From: Podospora anserina
Lineage: Eukaryota
Length of the DNA stretch: 64,000 nucleotides
Assembly: GCA_017654855.1 (NCBI GenBank)
Contig: CM030332.1
Span: 1,364,001-1,428,000, forward strand
Direction: 5' to 3'
This document shows, piece after piece, positions 45,815 through 59,264 of the stretch (position 1 is its first letter; each line of letters opens with the position of its first letter). A program made the position numbers and the translations under genes. The notes under the pieces are model-generated. The model saw nothing but the letters and a program-made list of their open reading frames with translations. It searched no databases and was not told the origin of the DNA.

Positions 45815-46831
45815 TTAAGCAATAGTCGATGGGCGAGTGGCGCTGAAGACCTTCTTGGTGTTGGTCTTGGCGACACGGTGGGGGAGGGGGAAAGTGAGGT
45901 CCTTGGTGATGAGCTGCTTGATGTAGGGGCGCTTGACGTCCTCGGTCTTCTCGATCTCAACAACGCGGAGGATCTAGATGCAAATTGTCAGTATCTAGAC
46001 TCGGGCACGATTTCCGTGGGCTTGTTCATACGTGGATGGATCTGAAACGGGCACGATGGCGGGCGGCCATGTCGGAGTAGAGAGCCTCAACAGCCTTGGT
46101 TCTGGAGGTCTCACGGTACTCCTTGTACATGTTGTGGGTACCAGACCGGGAGTCGTAGCGGATCCAGATGCCGAAGTTCTTGACTCTGAGGGGGTGCTTC
46201 TCGGAGATCTATGATACGGGTCAGTCTCCTCTGTCCCCGGCCAAATATTGATTCCAAGCGAGCATACCTGGTTGACACTGACGATCTCGCCAGTGGCCTT
46301 CTTCACCTTGCGGAGACCACGAAGGAAATACCAGAAACGGGACTTGGCAATAACCTCATTGGGCGCGAAGATGCGCATGCGATAGAGGGCGGGGCTGGGG
46401 TTAGCCTCGGTGGGCAGATGGCGCCCAATGACCTGGTATTCCTGAAGACGACCTGGCACAGATTGTCAGCATCTCGAGTGTTTTGTCGTAAAGATCCCGA
46501 GTTTGCAGCGATGGCGGCGTGTTTGAATATCGAGTGCTGGCCGGTCGATAGAGAATGCACAAACTCCCAGTTCCCCGTCGAAAATAGGCGATAGATTGCG
46601 GCCCCCGATGCCAACCCTGATATATCTCCTCAACATGGTCCTCCACAGCAACAATCAACGAGTCGTTCCCTCCCTGCCCAATTCACATGTCTTGAGGCAA
46701 GCCTCCCTCCCATCGTGTCATGCATTTCGTCGGATGGTGAATTTGTCGTCGTTCGTCGAAATTATTCTCGGTCGCCGCCTTCGCTGCAAACTCAAAAGAT
46801 GCCAATGGAATCGAAAAAATTGCTTACCCAT
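45815..46831 (-). CDS. RPL20: 60S ribosomal protein L20 (eL20/L18a), 4 exons
   Basis: [15 protein letters not shown]...[40 protein letters not shown]; introns 46453-46827, 46209-46267, 45974-46031. Confidence 0.97.
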
Positions 46832-46989
46832 CTGGAAAAGGATCGTTAGATTAATTCAAAGGTATCTTCTCTTTACCACCGAGGCCTAACTTACTTTGCT
46901 GGTTTGTCGTGGATCGCTGTCGATGCCGTGTGCTGTCCGAGTCCAGAATTAGCGATAACGAGGGTCAAGAAAAAATTGGGTGTGCTTGG

Positions 46990-46998
46990 TTTAGGGCT
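46990..46998 (+). promoter_or_regulatory. TTAGGGCT motif, resembling the Tbf1-type site of fungal ribosomal-protein promoters
   Basis: Single TTTAGGGCT about 160 nt upstream of the RPL20 ATG, in the divergent RPL20/CSN12 promoter. Confidence 0.35.
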
Positions 46999-47413
46999 CG
47001 CGCGCATTGACCATCCCCGCAGAGAACCTCAGCCACATGTGGCGGGGCCGAAGTGAGTTTAAAAGCTGACGCCACAGAGGTGGGGCAACTTTAAGATATG
47101 AGCTTGCAAGCCAATCAGAGCAACGCAATCCTCTCACGCTCAAGCTGCCATCTCACTCTTCCACTGCACTCCCAATACAGGACGATATTCCAGCCATTTA
47201 CAAGATATTTGAGACTGCCCACCGAGAGCGATATCTGTAGAATTTGGCGGCTATCCTGCGATCAATCCGCATCTGCAGACAATTGTTCGACTCCAATAAG
47301 AACAACAGTCAACTCGATACCGCTCCCATCACTTGGTGGGGCAACCAAAACATCATACAGCTTGCGCCCAAGCCAAGCTCACCCTGTCAACACCCCAGTT
47401 CAAACATCCCATC

Positions 47414-49027
47414 ATGGAGTTCGGCCCAGCGCTTTACCACGAGTTTGGAGAGGCTTGGAAAACAAGGGATGGTTACCGACTAGCAAAGACCATCTCTCCA
47501 GAGTTGACTCCTAGCCAGTTGTCCAGCATATGGCAAAGTGCGAATGGTGCGGGAAGCTACAAAGCAGCTCGGGACGACGATGTGAAAGCAGCCATTAAGC
47601 GTGGTCTTTCCAGTAGTTCAGCGCGTTTGGACGGCATCGGCCAAAAGGAGATCAAGGGTTGGGTCGAGGTTTACTTTGCTTACTGGCAAGCTGCCGGCAT
47701 CCTTGCTCAAGTGCAGCAGACCTCATCATGGACCAATGCTTATGAGCAGTGGAAAGTCTTGATCAACGCTCTGATCCAGGGGTATAACAGTCATGAGTTT
47801 GAAGCCTGGACCATTCCGTGTCTCTATGTGGCGGGCAAACATCTGCGGCTGTTTGCGATGCAGGCGGATGAGCACATAAGTGTCAACGACAGCTCGGCAA
47901 CTGCATTCCAAGATGACTTTGACCCAGAATTACAGAAACATCAGAAATTGGAGGACTGTGCGCGAGTTCTTAACAAAGTATTCACGATTTGCCTGAGTGA
48001 CAGGTAGGAATTCCGTGCTCTTGATGTTGCTGCCAGCTGAGGCTAATATCATTACAGAGCACCACTCGAAGAGTCTCGGAAATGGGGGCTCTATTACATC
48101 GTCAACCTTCTCTTCAAGACTTACTTCAAGCTCAATGCGACAGGATTGTCGAAAAATGTGCTGAGGATTTTGACCGCAGGACGGGGAGATATGCCAGACT
48201 TTCATGCATTCCCAAAGTCTCAGCAGGTCACTTTCAAATACCACGAAGGAGTATTATGCTTCCTTGAGGAGAACTATGCTGAAGCCGAGAAGCACCTGAC
48301 GGAAGCATGGAACACCTGCCACAAAGACGCCATGAGGAACAAAGAGTAGGTGGCCTTCCATGCTCTACATGGATCTTTTACGCTTTGCTAATATGATGCA
48401 CCTAGGCTGATCTTGACATATCTAATTCCGTGCCACCTCATCACAACCCACACCCTTCCCACAGAAAAGCTGCTGGAGCCTTACCCACGACTACAAAAGC
48501 TCTTCCTCCCACTCTCTCGGTGCATCAAGCAGGGCGAGCTCCACAAATTCGACATCGCCCTTCAGGAAGCCGAGGACGAGTTTGTCAAACGGCGCATCTA
48601 CCTCACCCTCGAAAGAGGACGCGACATCGCACTACGCAATCTCCTCCGCAAAGTGTTCATCGCCGGCGGCTTCGAGCCAGTAGCGAAGGAGGGAGACAAG
48701 CCTGTTCGCCGGACTCGTATCCCAGTAGCAGAGTTTGCCGCGGCTATCAGCCTCGGCAGCGAGGAGAAGGTTGACAATGACGAGGTTGAGTGTCTTTTGG
48801 CAAATATGATTTACAAAGTGAGTCAAAACTATGCCTTACCTTCCATGTTTCTACCTGGGGCGTCAAGGCATCCACGGCTGTCGACATTGATTGGTGTAAC
48901 ATCGTCCGTGAGTCATCCAGTCACTGACACCGTTTGTTTGTAGGGACTGATCAAGGGATATATCTCTCGTGAACGGAGTATTGTGGTGCTCAGCAAGTCG
49001 GGGGCGTTTCCCGGGACTGGCGTTTGA
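47414..49027 (+). CDS. CSN12: PCI-domain protein, CSN12/PCID2-like, 4 exons
   Basis: [65 protein letters not shown]; introns 48004-48057, 48346-48405, 48818-48943. Confidence 0.9.
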
Positions 49028-51220
49028 GCGGGGCAGATATGGGCGTTGACCGCGCCCCATTTGGGAAGGCTTGATAAGATCTTCATCAACTGCTGTGTCC
49101 AACTGGATCTTCTGGGACTCACCGAGTTCTTGGTCGTGTAGGGAGAAGGTGGGACAATTTCATGGTGGTGCCCCCCAACCCGACGGCAGGAAAAGAGGAG
49201 GGATCATCCATCCCGCACGACGGCATTTGTGGTGGTGCCATCGGATATCTATCACCACTTGGCGTGCGTGAACAAGCCTGGGAGCTTCTCACACCATCAC
49301 CAACAAAACAACGGGCTGCAAAAAGATCTTGAGAACGAAAGGGACATGAATTACGGATATGGATAGCATTTGAGCAGGAAAAAAGCTGTTAATCAATTAC
49401 AAAGTCAGTTCAATCCACTGTCTTGTAATTTTGTCTCCTCCACCAAAAATCCAAACTACAGGAATCAGGGTGAGCGTGAACAGCGTGAATCGGTGACTTT
49501 GGGGGGTGTTGGTTTGGTGATATAGTTTAGTGCGGGGTTGCTTTGGAAACGGTCCCAAACGGGGCGGAAACCCACTAAACATCGCCCCCCTTTTCCCGCA
49601 GCAATCAAGTGTGCCGCACCACCATATTTACACCGTAAGCATTACTATTACAGTGAGGTACCGAGAAGGTTCAATCCATGAAGATGACACCATTCCTTTT
49701 TCTTTTGTTACAATCATCTCATTCGGTACTTTTTGCAACAGCCCACACCACCATGCGCCCCCCTGGCTTTTGTCTCTCGATCTACGGTACCCAACATGCC
49801 TCCGTTCTGTGGTCGAACTGCGTGTTCACTGCCTGCGCAACAAGACATGCTTTTGAATCAACCCCTGAGTGATGAGATGAGCAACAAGGCTCATTCATCT
49901 TGAGTCACTTACACAAGGGGATTGTCCATATTCCATCATCACGATGGCACAAAGACATGTTTCTCCACCCCCTCTTCCCATGTCTGATGGAAATATCCAG
50001 AAGGGTGTGTGTGAACGGGTCTGACCGTCTTCTGTCCCCCTTATCTCCCCCCTGCCATCGAAAAGGTGGTGTGGAAAATGGCGGTTACCATCCTATTGGA
50101 CAACCCAAACTTTCCCAGCTGTATGGATGGTGTGGGTAAGGTAGGGGATGAATGGTGCGGCAGGCCATTCTGGACTAGGTAGCAATGCAAAAGCGGGAGT
50201 TGAAAATCCGCTTCAATGGCAGGTCGTGGTGGCAAAAGAAACATTCTTTTTGCTATCGTCATTACCGATTAATCCACAATGACACATTCTCACCGAGATC
50301 AAATTTTCAAGTATGAAGGCTCTCACGGAGATTTCCAGAGTCTGCAGAAATTTTAGGGGGGGGTGAAAGCTCTCCAAAAATCGGCTGGCAAAGCTTGGTG
50401 TTTTTCTCATTCTCAAGAGAAAAAACAACGAGAGAAAAAGCCTCCAGCGTTTTTTTCCTGGTTTTGATATCTTGATATCGTTCCTGAGTTATGTTCCTCT
50501 TTCTTACTGCAAAAAAAAAAGAAGAAAAAAAAGAGAAAACAAGCTTTTTTTTCCAGCAAAGAGCGTAAGAATCGTAGTCATACAAATCACCCACCCTCCC
50601 TCCCTCCCCCCTTCCTACTCCCGTTGTCCCACTGTCCAGAACATCTTGATCATTCTGCCCTGTTCATTCCATCCTCCGAAACCCAGCGTTCGCTCTTCGT
50701 CTGACGACCGACGTGATATCCAAACCAATGTGAGATGATGGTACAAAGGAAACAAGGGAAATAAAACAATCCACCCCATGGTAGTGTGCCGTCTAATACA
50801 AATACGGCTAAAACTTCTCAAAAGCATGCCAGAAGAATGAGAAATACCCGCCCAGAATATATTAGTACAAATGTTTTGGGGTTTTTAACTTGTGAATGTC
50901 AAGGGAAAAACAACCAAAAGAAAAAAGCAAACCCAGAAACTCCAAAAAAATGAAGAACAATCTATGGTGATAATGATCCCATAATTAAGACCCTCCCGAA
51001 AAAGTAATAAGAAATAAAAGGGTGTGAAGAAGAGAAGAAAAACACATGAGTCATTAAGTTATGAGAGGGTGTAACAATAGCAAAAGGCCAAACAAACAGC
51101 ATCTCGAGTCGGGGGTATTTGTTTTGTTTTATTGATGTCGAGAGGGGTGTGCGAGACCGTGGTATCGCGGACAAAGGAAAAACAGACAAAGCAGATCAAG
51201 GCAGTATCATGATGGGCAGC

Positions 51221-52253
51221 CTAAAAACGGCCGCCGCTTCTCGGTGTGCGAGGGGTGCTCCTATTGACCAGTCAGTCAATGGCCAACAGGACTATACGCA
51301 GATGGGCAAAACTTACGCAGCACTCGAAAGGTCATCAACATGGTTGCACATGGCCACAAACAAGTCAAAGAATAGCTGGGTGCCGCCGTTCAACATCTCA
51401 AGCTGCATCGTGCCGCTCTTCTTGAAGGTGCTGCGGCAGCGGATGATGAGGGCGAGATAATGGGCGCGGAGCTTGGAGTCGGTGTCGGGAGTGTGGGCGT
51501 AGGCGTAGCGGGCCGAGGAGAGAATGATGCTCGCTTGGATACCGGATTCTGTCTGTGTTAGCGTTGAGAACAAGTCAAGAGGAAATGGTGTACATACGAA
51601 GACCTTGCTTTCTCAATGACACCCTCTTCAGCTCGTCTAACCCATACTTCTCCGCCGCGCAGTAGATGACCGTGTCCTTGAGAAGCTCGCCGTCAACAGT
51701 ATGGTGGTAGATGGTGGCATCATGACGCGCCTCATCTGTCAGCTGCTCCATCTCCCACGAGTTGCGCTTCTTGTTATGCACGAGGCGGGGGAAGTAATCG
51801 CCCTTGTAGAGATACTCGAGGACAGACGAGAAGATCTCAGGCTCTTCGTCGGGCAGGGAGATCTTCTTCGTCTGGGAGTCAAACATCTGGTTCTGAAGGA
51901 TGTTGAGGAAGAAGGGTGATGTGGAGAGGACATGTTCGTGGGCAGCAAAGACGCGTTGCTCCTGGCCGACGACGAGAGTTACAATGGCGGAGATGGGAGA
52001 GTTGCTAGGGTCATATTATGTCAGTATATTGAAGTGGGCATGCAAAACATCTAGCGACTTACTCAAAGTTTGAGTGAGACGCATTGGCATTGGAAATGGT
52101 GCCTGCACGACGACGGCCGGATTGAGACTCAGGTCGTCGCTTGGAAATACCGGCCTCCTTGCTGAATGACGAAGTCGACTTCCCAGACCGATGACCCCTA
52201 CTGAAGCTCTTGCTCCGCACATGTTGAACAGGCTCGTAGCGGGTGGAAAACAT
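51221..52253 (-). CDS. BTB/POZ domain protein, 4 exons
   Basis: IVTLVVGQEQRVFAAHEHVLS.SPFF, ISLPDEEPEIFSSVLEYLYKGDY, IYCAAEKYGL; three GT-AG introns (about 52005-52062, 51530-51596, 51262-51315). Confidence 0.9.
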
Positions 52254-53617
52254 GATGTTTGATATTCTTTTCCTCGCCCAACTCCCTTCGCACTCGAATA
52301 TCCCTCCTGGATGCTGTGCGGGACGGTACGGTGGCGGCGGAGGTGATAAGTGCGTAATTAAACAGACAGAAACAATAATGATGAAACAAAAGACAAAAGC
52401 CGGGAGTTGATGGCCGATGGACGATGCGATGCTGATGATGGACCCTTCCTTACCTGTGGGGAATGAGGCGATGAAATGCACTCGATGGCAAGACCAGAAC
52501 AAGTCTGCATCGCGCGGGGAAGATGAGCCATATTATATAACGGTACGAGGCGTCCATGCGCAGATGCCTGGAAAATCTCTGCCAGGCGGACTCATGAAGC
52601 CTTCTGGGCGACACCGAAGAAGGTACTTTTCCGCGCGTTCCATGATTGGACGCGTCTGAGTGCTATCGGCCCCGACTGACCCCTGCTCGTCTTGATGCGT
52701 TATTCACACGATATCACCTGACTTGGGAGCTAGCTGTTTTAGGCAAGGCTGACTGGGGGGTTGGCTGGAGTCTGCCAGGGGAAATTCCATGGATCATGTC
52801 TTTTACAGGGATCAGACCATGGCGTGTGCGAGGCAAGGGACGGGTGTGAATGGAAGGACTTGCGACACTGATGACCAGATGTGAAAACGGTGAAAGTGAA
52901 GGCTGATCCTGCGAGGCTGCCTACATATCCTCGAATCACCTGTCTCCCGGCAGTGGCGTGAAGTTCTGCTAAGCAGCAGCTGGCAAGGCAGCCAAAGCCT
53001 CCAGCCTTTTATTTTCATGTCGAGGAGAAGATGTGATTGTAAAAGGATCAGACTTTGACACTTTTCGAGATGCAAGACATCAATTGAGTCAATTGGGTCA
53101 TTGAGACAGCATTGGGGAGAGCTTCGAGCCACAACTTGTTGGGCGAGACCTGGTATCTTATAACACAAGCACACCACCTCCACAGTCCACCCGAGGCCGA
53201 CCCAACGCAACGGACGGAGCAAACGACTGCTTCAGCCGTGCCGCTAATTGACGTGCTTTGGGTAACATCACGACGGATTGTCAACGCTTTACTTTTTCGC
53301 TGCTGGTTTCGCAAGTTTCTGGGATCTTGGCACACACTCTGATGCAGCCAACTGTCAAATAAGGTATGGGGTCGTCAGAAGTGTCAATTCTGGTGTTGTT
53401 CGAGGGAGGGTTGCCCAGGTGGCTCCCTGAGGCCGGACCAGTTGGCCCAGGTCCCACTGCCAAAATATTAATTCCTTAACAGTGGGCCTCATTGACTATT
53501 CTGACGCCAACCGGTGCCCCCCTGTTCTGTCTGTTTTGTGCCATGGGCCCGCTGCCCGGGGTGATCTACAGGGGCTCGGATCTGCCCTACAAGATGCCAT
53601 CGCCACCCCAAAGTTCA

Positions 53618-54946
53618 TCACCGAGAAGTATCCAAGGCCCGCTTTGTCAATTTCAAGATTGCTTCTGAAGCAAGCTTTTTCCCAGGGCCTCGAGCAATCG
53701 CTTCTTGATGGAACGCAACCGAGGCAACCCCCTTTTCAACGGGGAGGCCGAGTTCAATGCATCTTTGATGCAGCTTTTCGGTTTGCTCTCTCGGCACAAG
53801 CTCATCCCGCTCAGCCTGGAGGATGTATATGAAGGGTGCGTCGCAACTTTTCTCTTCGGCCTTTTGAGCCATCAGCTTCAGGTTAGCATAGCTGTCCAGA
53901 TGGTTTCTGAGAAAAGGCCACAGGTATTTGTATGGCAACCATTTTTGGGGATAGAGCGTCCCTAGCATCGATCGTATCGATAGAAAGGGGGTCTCAAGAA
54001 TTACGCCCTGGATAGGTAGCTTTTCCGGGATGCGTCCGGTTGCGGCCAGGTTTGTTGCTACTCCCGAGCCAATCGACTGTCCCCAAATCAGGAAAATCGG
54101 CTTCGTGGTGCTGTCTTTGCCAAATGTTCGCTCATGGTGTTGCAAAATCCAGTTTGCTCCGGCTTCGGCATCGAGGCGGATGCCAGGCTCAGATGCGCGG
54201 CCACGGGACGTCCAATATCCTCTGTAACTCAGGCAGACAAAAGTCAACTCCATTGGTGCCAGAGCATATTGTTTGCTGTCACTGACAGCCCGCAACACCC
54301 ACGACAGGTCTGGCAAGCGAGGGGGGATGGACGAGGCGTTCCCTACCGCAGCGTCAGTCTCGCATACAGTTTCCTGCATATCTCATGGTGGCTGACCCTG
54401 AAAGTAGAGCACATATACATGTGCCACAACAGACTTCCCGACGTCCGCGGCTACCTGCCGATTCCCCTTCGGCAGCGGCACCGTCGCAACCGCCATTGCG
54501 AGATCTGTTCCGTCAGCAGCTTTGGTCCTCTCCTCCCTCCACTGAAGTCCCCCACAGCGGCTTAACCAGTCAGCAATGCGCTCGCTCCTTGCAGTCGGGG
54601 GCAGTCCTGGCATGTAGATGATCTTGTTCTGGAAGACCACCATCATGATACATTTCCAAATCCACAGCCCAATCAACAAGCCAGTGAACATCAACGGTGC
54701 CACTAGAATTGTTTGGGTATGAAGCCTGCGGCGGCAAGTGCTCTCCATTAGCATGATGTGGGTGATACGTGGACGAAACCGCCGCGGTGGACCATGCTGC
54801 ACATCGACCCGAAACTGAGGCAATCTCAAGGGACTGCAGCAACGACAACTCATGTGCAGCAACGACTTGGGGACCGGCTGATGCCATTTGATGTGCCTGC
54901 TGAGAGGCCGATAGCGACCAGAGAGGACTGCGTATGTTACAGGCAT
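53618..54946 (-). CDS. Alpha/beta hydrolase, BEM46/ABHD13-like (start uncertain)
   Basis: FQNKIIYMP, YFQG|N across intron 54343-54396, SYRGYW.S.G..SE.GI..DA, nucleophile elbow GQSIG, ILETPF.S, DELVP. Confidence 0.88.
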
Positions 54947-55720
54947 TGGCGGCAGTCATTGGCGGGATGGCCCGCGGGATGTTGCTGGGGTGGGATGGCG
55001 TGTTGAAACCGCAAGAGATCTCGCTCTTGTACAAGTATTTCGCGCTCCTCATGCCATGGCCTCAGTCATGTGTCCAGCTTCCACTCGTCAGACGTGGAGA
55101 TGAGATGCAGCAAGGTCCACCTGCAGGTAGAGACCCGTACGTGCCGTGTGAACAAAAGGGCTGGGTTTGGTGGAATTGGGCTGGTATGGTTGGGCGGAAA
55201 GCTGTCCAAGTCCCCAGTTGTTGTCGTCATGTAATTCGTGGAGGAGTAGCTACCTGGCCAGCACTATCGCGAAGGGGTCCAGAGAAGATAGCAACCGGAG
55301 ACCCAAAGACGAGGTCGCGGATGGGGAAATTGGGTGTCTAAAGATCAAGCGAGGAATTATGCTTTTCGTCTGATGGGAAATATGATCGAATGGTTGACGC
55401 TGGTACCAGGACGTTGGATATTGACAGCGGGACCGGCTTACCTAACGATCACCGCTAAGCCCCGCGCTGACTTCCCGGCTTAGTGCATTTCGGGTGGCTG
55501 ACAGCAACCGATATGAGGTGATGATAAGCATGGGCGCCCCTCTTTGAAGGCCGGCTGGCAGTTGGTCGACCAGTGACCTCAAATTTCTACCACGTCTTTG
55601 CCCACAGCCGCTGTCCAATATAAACCAGCCTGGGTCTCGCTAGGCTGAACGTCCGCGCCCATTTCTGCCTCTTCTGCTTGATTCTGAATCGCAACACATC
55701 ACAAAACACAAACATCAACC

Positions 55721-56986
55721 ATGCCTGCTTCCGTAGACCTTTCAGAGGAAGCGCCCCGGTCGCCTGGCCACCACATCGAGCTGGTTGACGACAACCCCTC
55801 TCCGCGACACGACGGCGAAACTAGTCCCGGGCTTAAGAATAGCAAGGGCTGGGACGGCAAGCTGCGTGTCACTAAAACTGCCACCCTCGCGAACCCCGAA
55901 GCTCTCTCAGACCCCGAGTACTCTGATGATGACAATGTGGTAATAGGAGAGGAGGTCCCCGCTGACGAGGGCAAGTTCCTTCCTCCAAAACTATGCCAGC
56001 AATCCCCCAGCTAACCTCCCATCCTAGACCTCCTCGACGACGAAGACCCCGAAACCGATGAGATCATTTGCACCCACTCCCGTATTCAGTCTATCTCCGC
56101 CCTCCGCCTCGCGCGCTTCCAAAAAGTCGTCCGCATCTGCCTCCGCCAAAACCTCATCCAAGACATCGAAGGCCTCTCCGGCATAGCCTCCACCCTCCAG
56201 GAACTCGACCTCTACGACAACCTCATCTCCCACATCGGCCGTGGCCTCGAGGACCTCACCAATCTGACGTCTCTTGACCTCTCCTTCAACAAGATCAAGC
56301 ACATCAAGCACATCTCCCACCTAACAAACCTCACCGACATCTTCTTCGTCTCCAACAAAATCTCCAAAATCGACGGCCTCGAAAACCTGACCAAGCTCCG
56401 TAACCTCGAACTCGGCTCCAACCGCATCCGCGAAATCACAAACATCTCGCACCTCACCGCGCTGGAAGAGCTCTGGGTAGCCAAAAACAAAATCACCACC
56501 CTCAACGGCCTCTCGGGCCTTTCCTCGCTGCGCCTCCTATCCATCCAATCCAACCGCATCAGGGACTTGTCCCCCCTGAAGGAAGTCCCCCAGCTGGAGG
56601 AACTCTACATCTCGCACAACGCGCTCGAGTCCCTCGCCGGGATCGAGAACAACACGGCTTTGCGCATCCTCGAAATCTCCAACAACCAAATCAAGTCGTT
56701 GAAAGGGCTGGGGCCGCTAAAGAACCTGGAGGAGCTCTGGGCGAGCTACAACCAGATCGGGGACATCAACGAGGTGGAAAAGGAGCTTGGGGACAAGAAG
56801 GAGCTGACGACGGTGTACTTTGAGGGGAACCCGCTGCAGCTGAGGGGGCCGGCGGTCTATAGGAACAAGGTCCGGCTCGCGCTGCCGCAGGTGAGGCAGA
56901 TTGATGCTAGTAAGTTTTGTTTTGTTATACCCTCTTGCCTGGATGTAGAGCTAACAAGGTGTGTAGCGTTTGTACGAACAACGTAA
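55721..56986 (+). CDS. SDS22: Protein phosphatase 1 regulatory subunit SDS22 (LRR), 3 exons
   Basis: LRRs (ELDLYDNLI, LDLSFNKIKHI, LELGSNRIR, LSIQSNRI), YFEGNPLQ, YRNKVRLALPQ..QIDAT; introns 55971-56027 (GC-AG) and 56910-56966. Confidence 0.95.
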
Positions 56987-57952
56987 ACAGCATGAGCCTG
57001 TAGTTTCTTTTTTTTGGTGTTCCTGAAAGTAGAAATGGTTCAGCCCCGGTGGCGTTTTGATTTTTTCTCCCCCGCCTTTTGCGGAAAAACTCATGTATTC
57101 CCCTGTCTTTTATACCATTTCTTTTTTGTTGTATTGTCAATAGCATTGCAGGTGGCGTTTTTTGGTTTCCCGTCTTTTGAGCTTAGAGGCTCCTTTTTTG
57201 GAGGACGGCTAAGAAGGCCGGGAGAACAATCACATATTTTTTGATTCCCTTTTTCATGTATGTCAAGAAGGTATTATGCATTACTTTGTTTTGATTTTTA
57301 TGTCTGCCCCCCCCTCCCCAACCCTTTGTCGATTTTTTGGGAGATGGATTATTAGCGTGGGTAGGTGTCAGTGAGCAACCTGCTACGTAGGGAATCAAAG
57401 GCAAAATCTGTATGGGAAAGGCAAAAACAATAGAGAAATGAACATGTTTATCAAAGAGGGGGAGCAATGGTTTATTATGGTCCCTTTTTGGATGACGGCT
57501 TCAAACTGGCCCTTGTGTCAATGTAGACCAGCACCATCAAGTCGAGTGTTCACACAAGTCATATACATTCACATCCAAGAGCAGCCATCAATCATGAAAA
57601 AAAGTTGGATTGTACTCTCTTATTCTCTATGCAAAAGAGCTATCCTTTCCCATAAGTACACGTATTCTTCAAAAGGCTACGTATCCTGTCCTGTCTTTCT
57701 TCCATTCCTCCTTTTTCTTTCCAGGGGTATGTGTGTGTTGTTGGGTTGGGTGGGGGGCATTATTTGTTTTCATTCCTTCGTGACAAGTTGACCGGCTGAG
57801 ATGGTGCCAGTCAACCTCCCTTCTTCTTCCATATCAGAAAAGGGAGGTTAAATCTCAACCATGTGCGACGACATGGCTGAGATGATGGTCAGATCGGCTC
57901 GGGTAAAGGGGGTATTTTGTTGTTTTATTTTTGGATTGCTCGGGCTAGCAAT

Positions 57953-59264
57953 TTAGCCAAAGATCCAGAGGAGCTCAGTGGGGAAGTACTATCAAGATGA
58001 GTTAGTCTTGTGTCACAAGGGTTAGCGTTCGCAAAGAGTATACTCACGTTGGAGGGCTGGTTGAAGCGGATGCCGCGGTTGAAGCCAGAGATGGTGGCAA
58101 TGTCCTCCTCGGAGAGATCGAAGTCGGTGTTCTGGAGGTTGGAAACCATGGTCTCCTGTCTGCTGGACTTGGGGATGACGGCAAGACCGCGCTGGGTGGC
58201 CCAGCGGAGAAGGACCTGGGAAGCAGGGCGGTTGTACTTGGCGGCGATGGCCTTGATGGTGTCGTCCTCCATGAGGGGCTGGAGCTTGACGGCGTGCTGC
58301 ATGTTGAACTCGAGGAAAGAGGCAGGGCCGAAAGAGCTGTAGGCAGTGACGGTGATGCCCTCACGCTTGGCAAGCTTGAGGAGCTCCTCCTGGGTGAGGT
58401 AGGGGTGGTGCTCGATCTGGAGGGTGGCAGGGCGGATCTTGGCGTAGCGGAGGAGGTCGTAGATCAGCTGGGACTGGAAGTTGGAGATACCAATGCTGCG
58501 GGCGAGGCCGGCATCGACGAGGCTCTCCATGGCGGTCCAGGTCTCCTGGATGGTGGCCTTGCTGGGGCGAATCTCATCGCCCTCGTAGTGCCAGCCGGGA
58601 GGGTAGCGGACGGAGGGGTCGACATACTCAAGGGCGACGGGGAAGTGAATGAGGTAGAGGTCGAAGTAGTCGACGCCCCAGTCGGCGAGCTGCTTCTTGA
58701 CGATGGGCTGGACGCGCTCACCGTCGTGGAAGGTGTTCCAGAGCTTGGAGACGATGAAGAGGTCCTCACGCTTCACAATACCCTCCGAGATGGCACGGGC
58801 AACACCCTTGCCGCACTCAACCTCGTTGCCATAGTCTGATTTATCTCTGTCAGCTTGTGTTCCTAGCACCACGGCAAACAATGGCCCGATCACCGATAAG
58901 GCGTCTATCCCCACCCCCCATGCTTGTGCCTTGGTGGGGACAAGGGCAAGCATGGAGGGGGCGGGGTAGCAATAATCTGAACTGTTCCTCGTGCCCCTCA
59001 CTTTCGAGCAACACCCCTCCATGAGCTCTTGAGAAGTGAGGTACAACCAGAAAGTGCGAATCCGGTATCCGAGGTGTGGTGTTGGCTGTGCAACAGAATG
59101 AAGGGGGGAGGTCTCAGCTTACCGCAGGCGCCATCGAAGAGACGGTAACCGGCCTTGATGGCATTGTAAACGACATCAGCGGCGATGGCGTTGTCGACCT
59201 TCCAGAGACCGAAGCCCACCTGGGGCATGTCGTAGCCGCTGTTGAGCTTGATGACGGGGGCCAT
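57953..59264 (-). CDS. XYL1: NAD(P)H-dependent D-xylose reductase (aldo-keto reductase), 3 coding exons plus a 5' UTR intron
   Basis: [46 protein letters not shown] cofactor motif, RFNQP; introns 58836-59122, 57989-58047; UTR intron 59283-59351. Confidence 0.95.
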
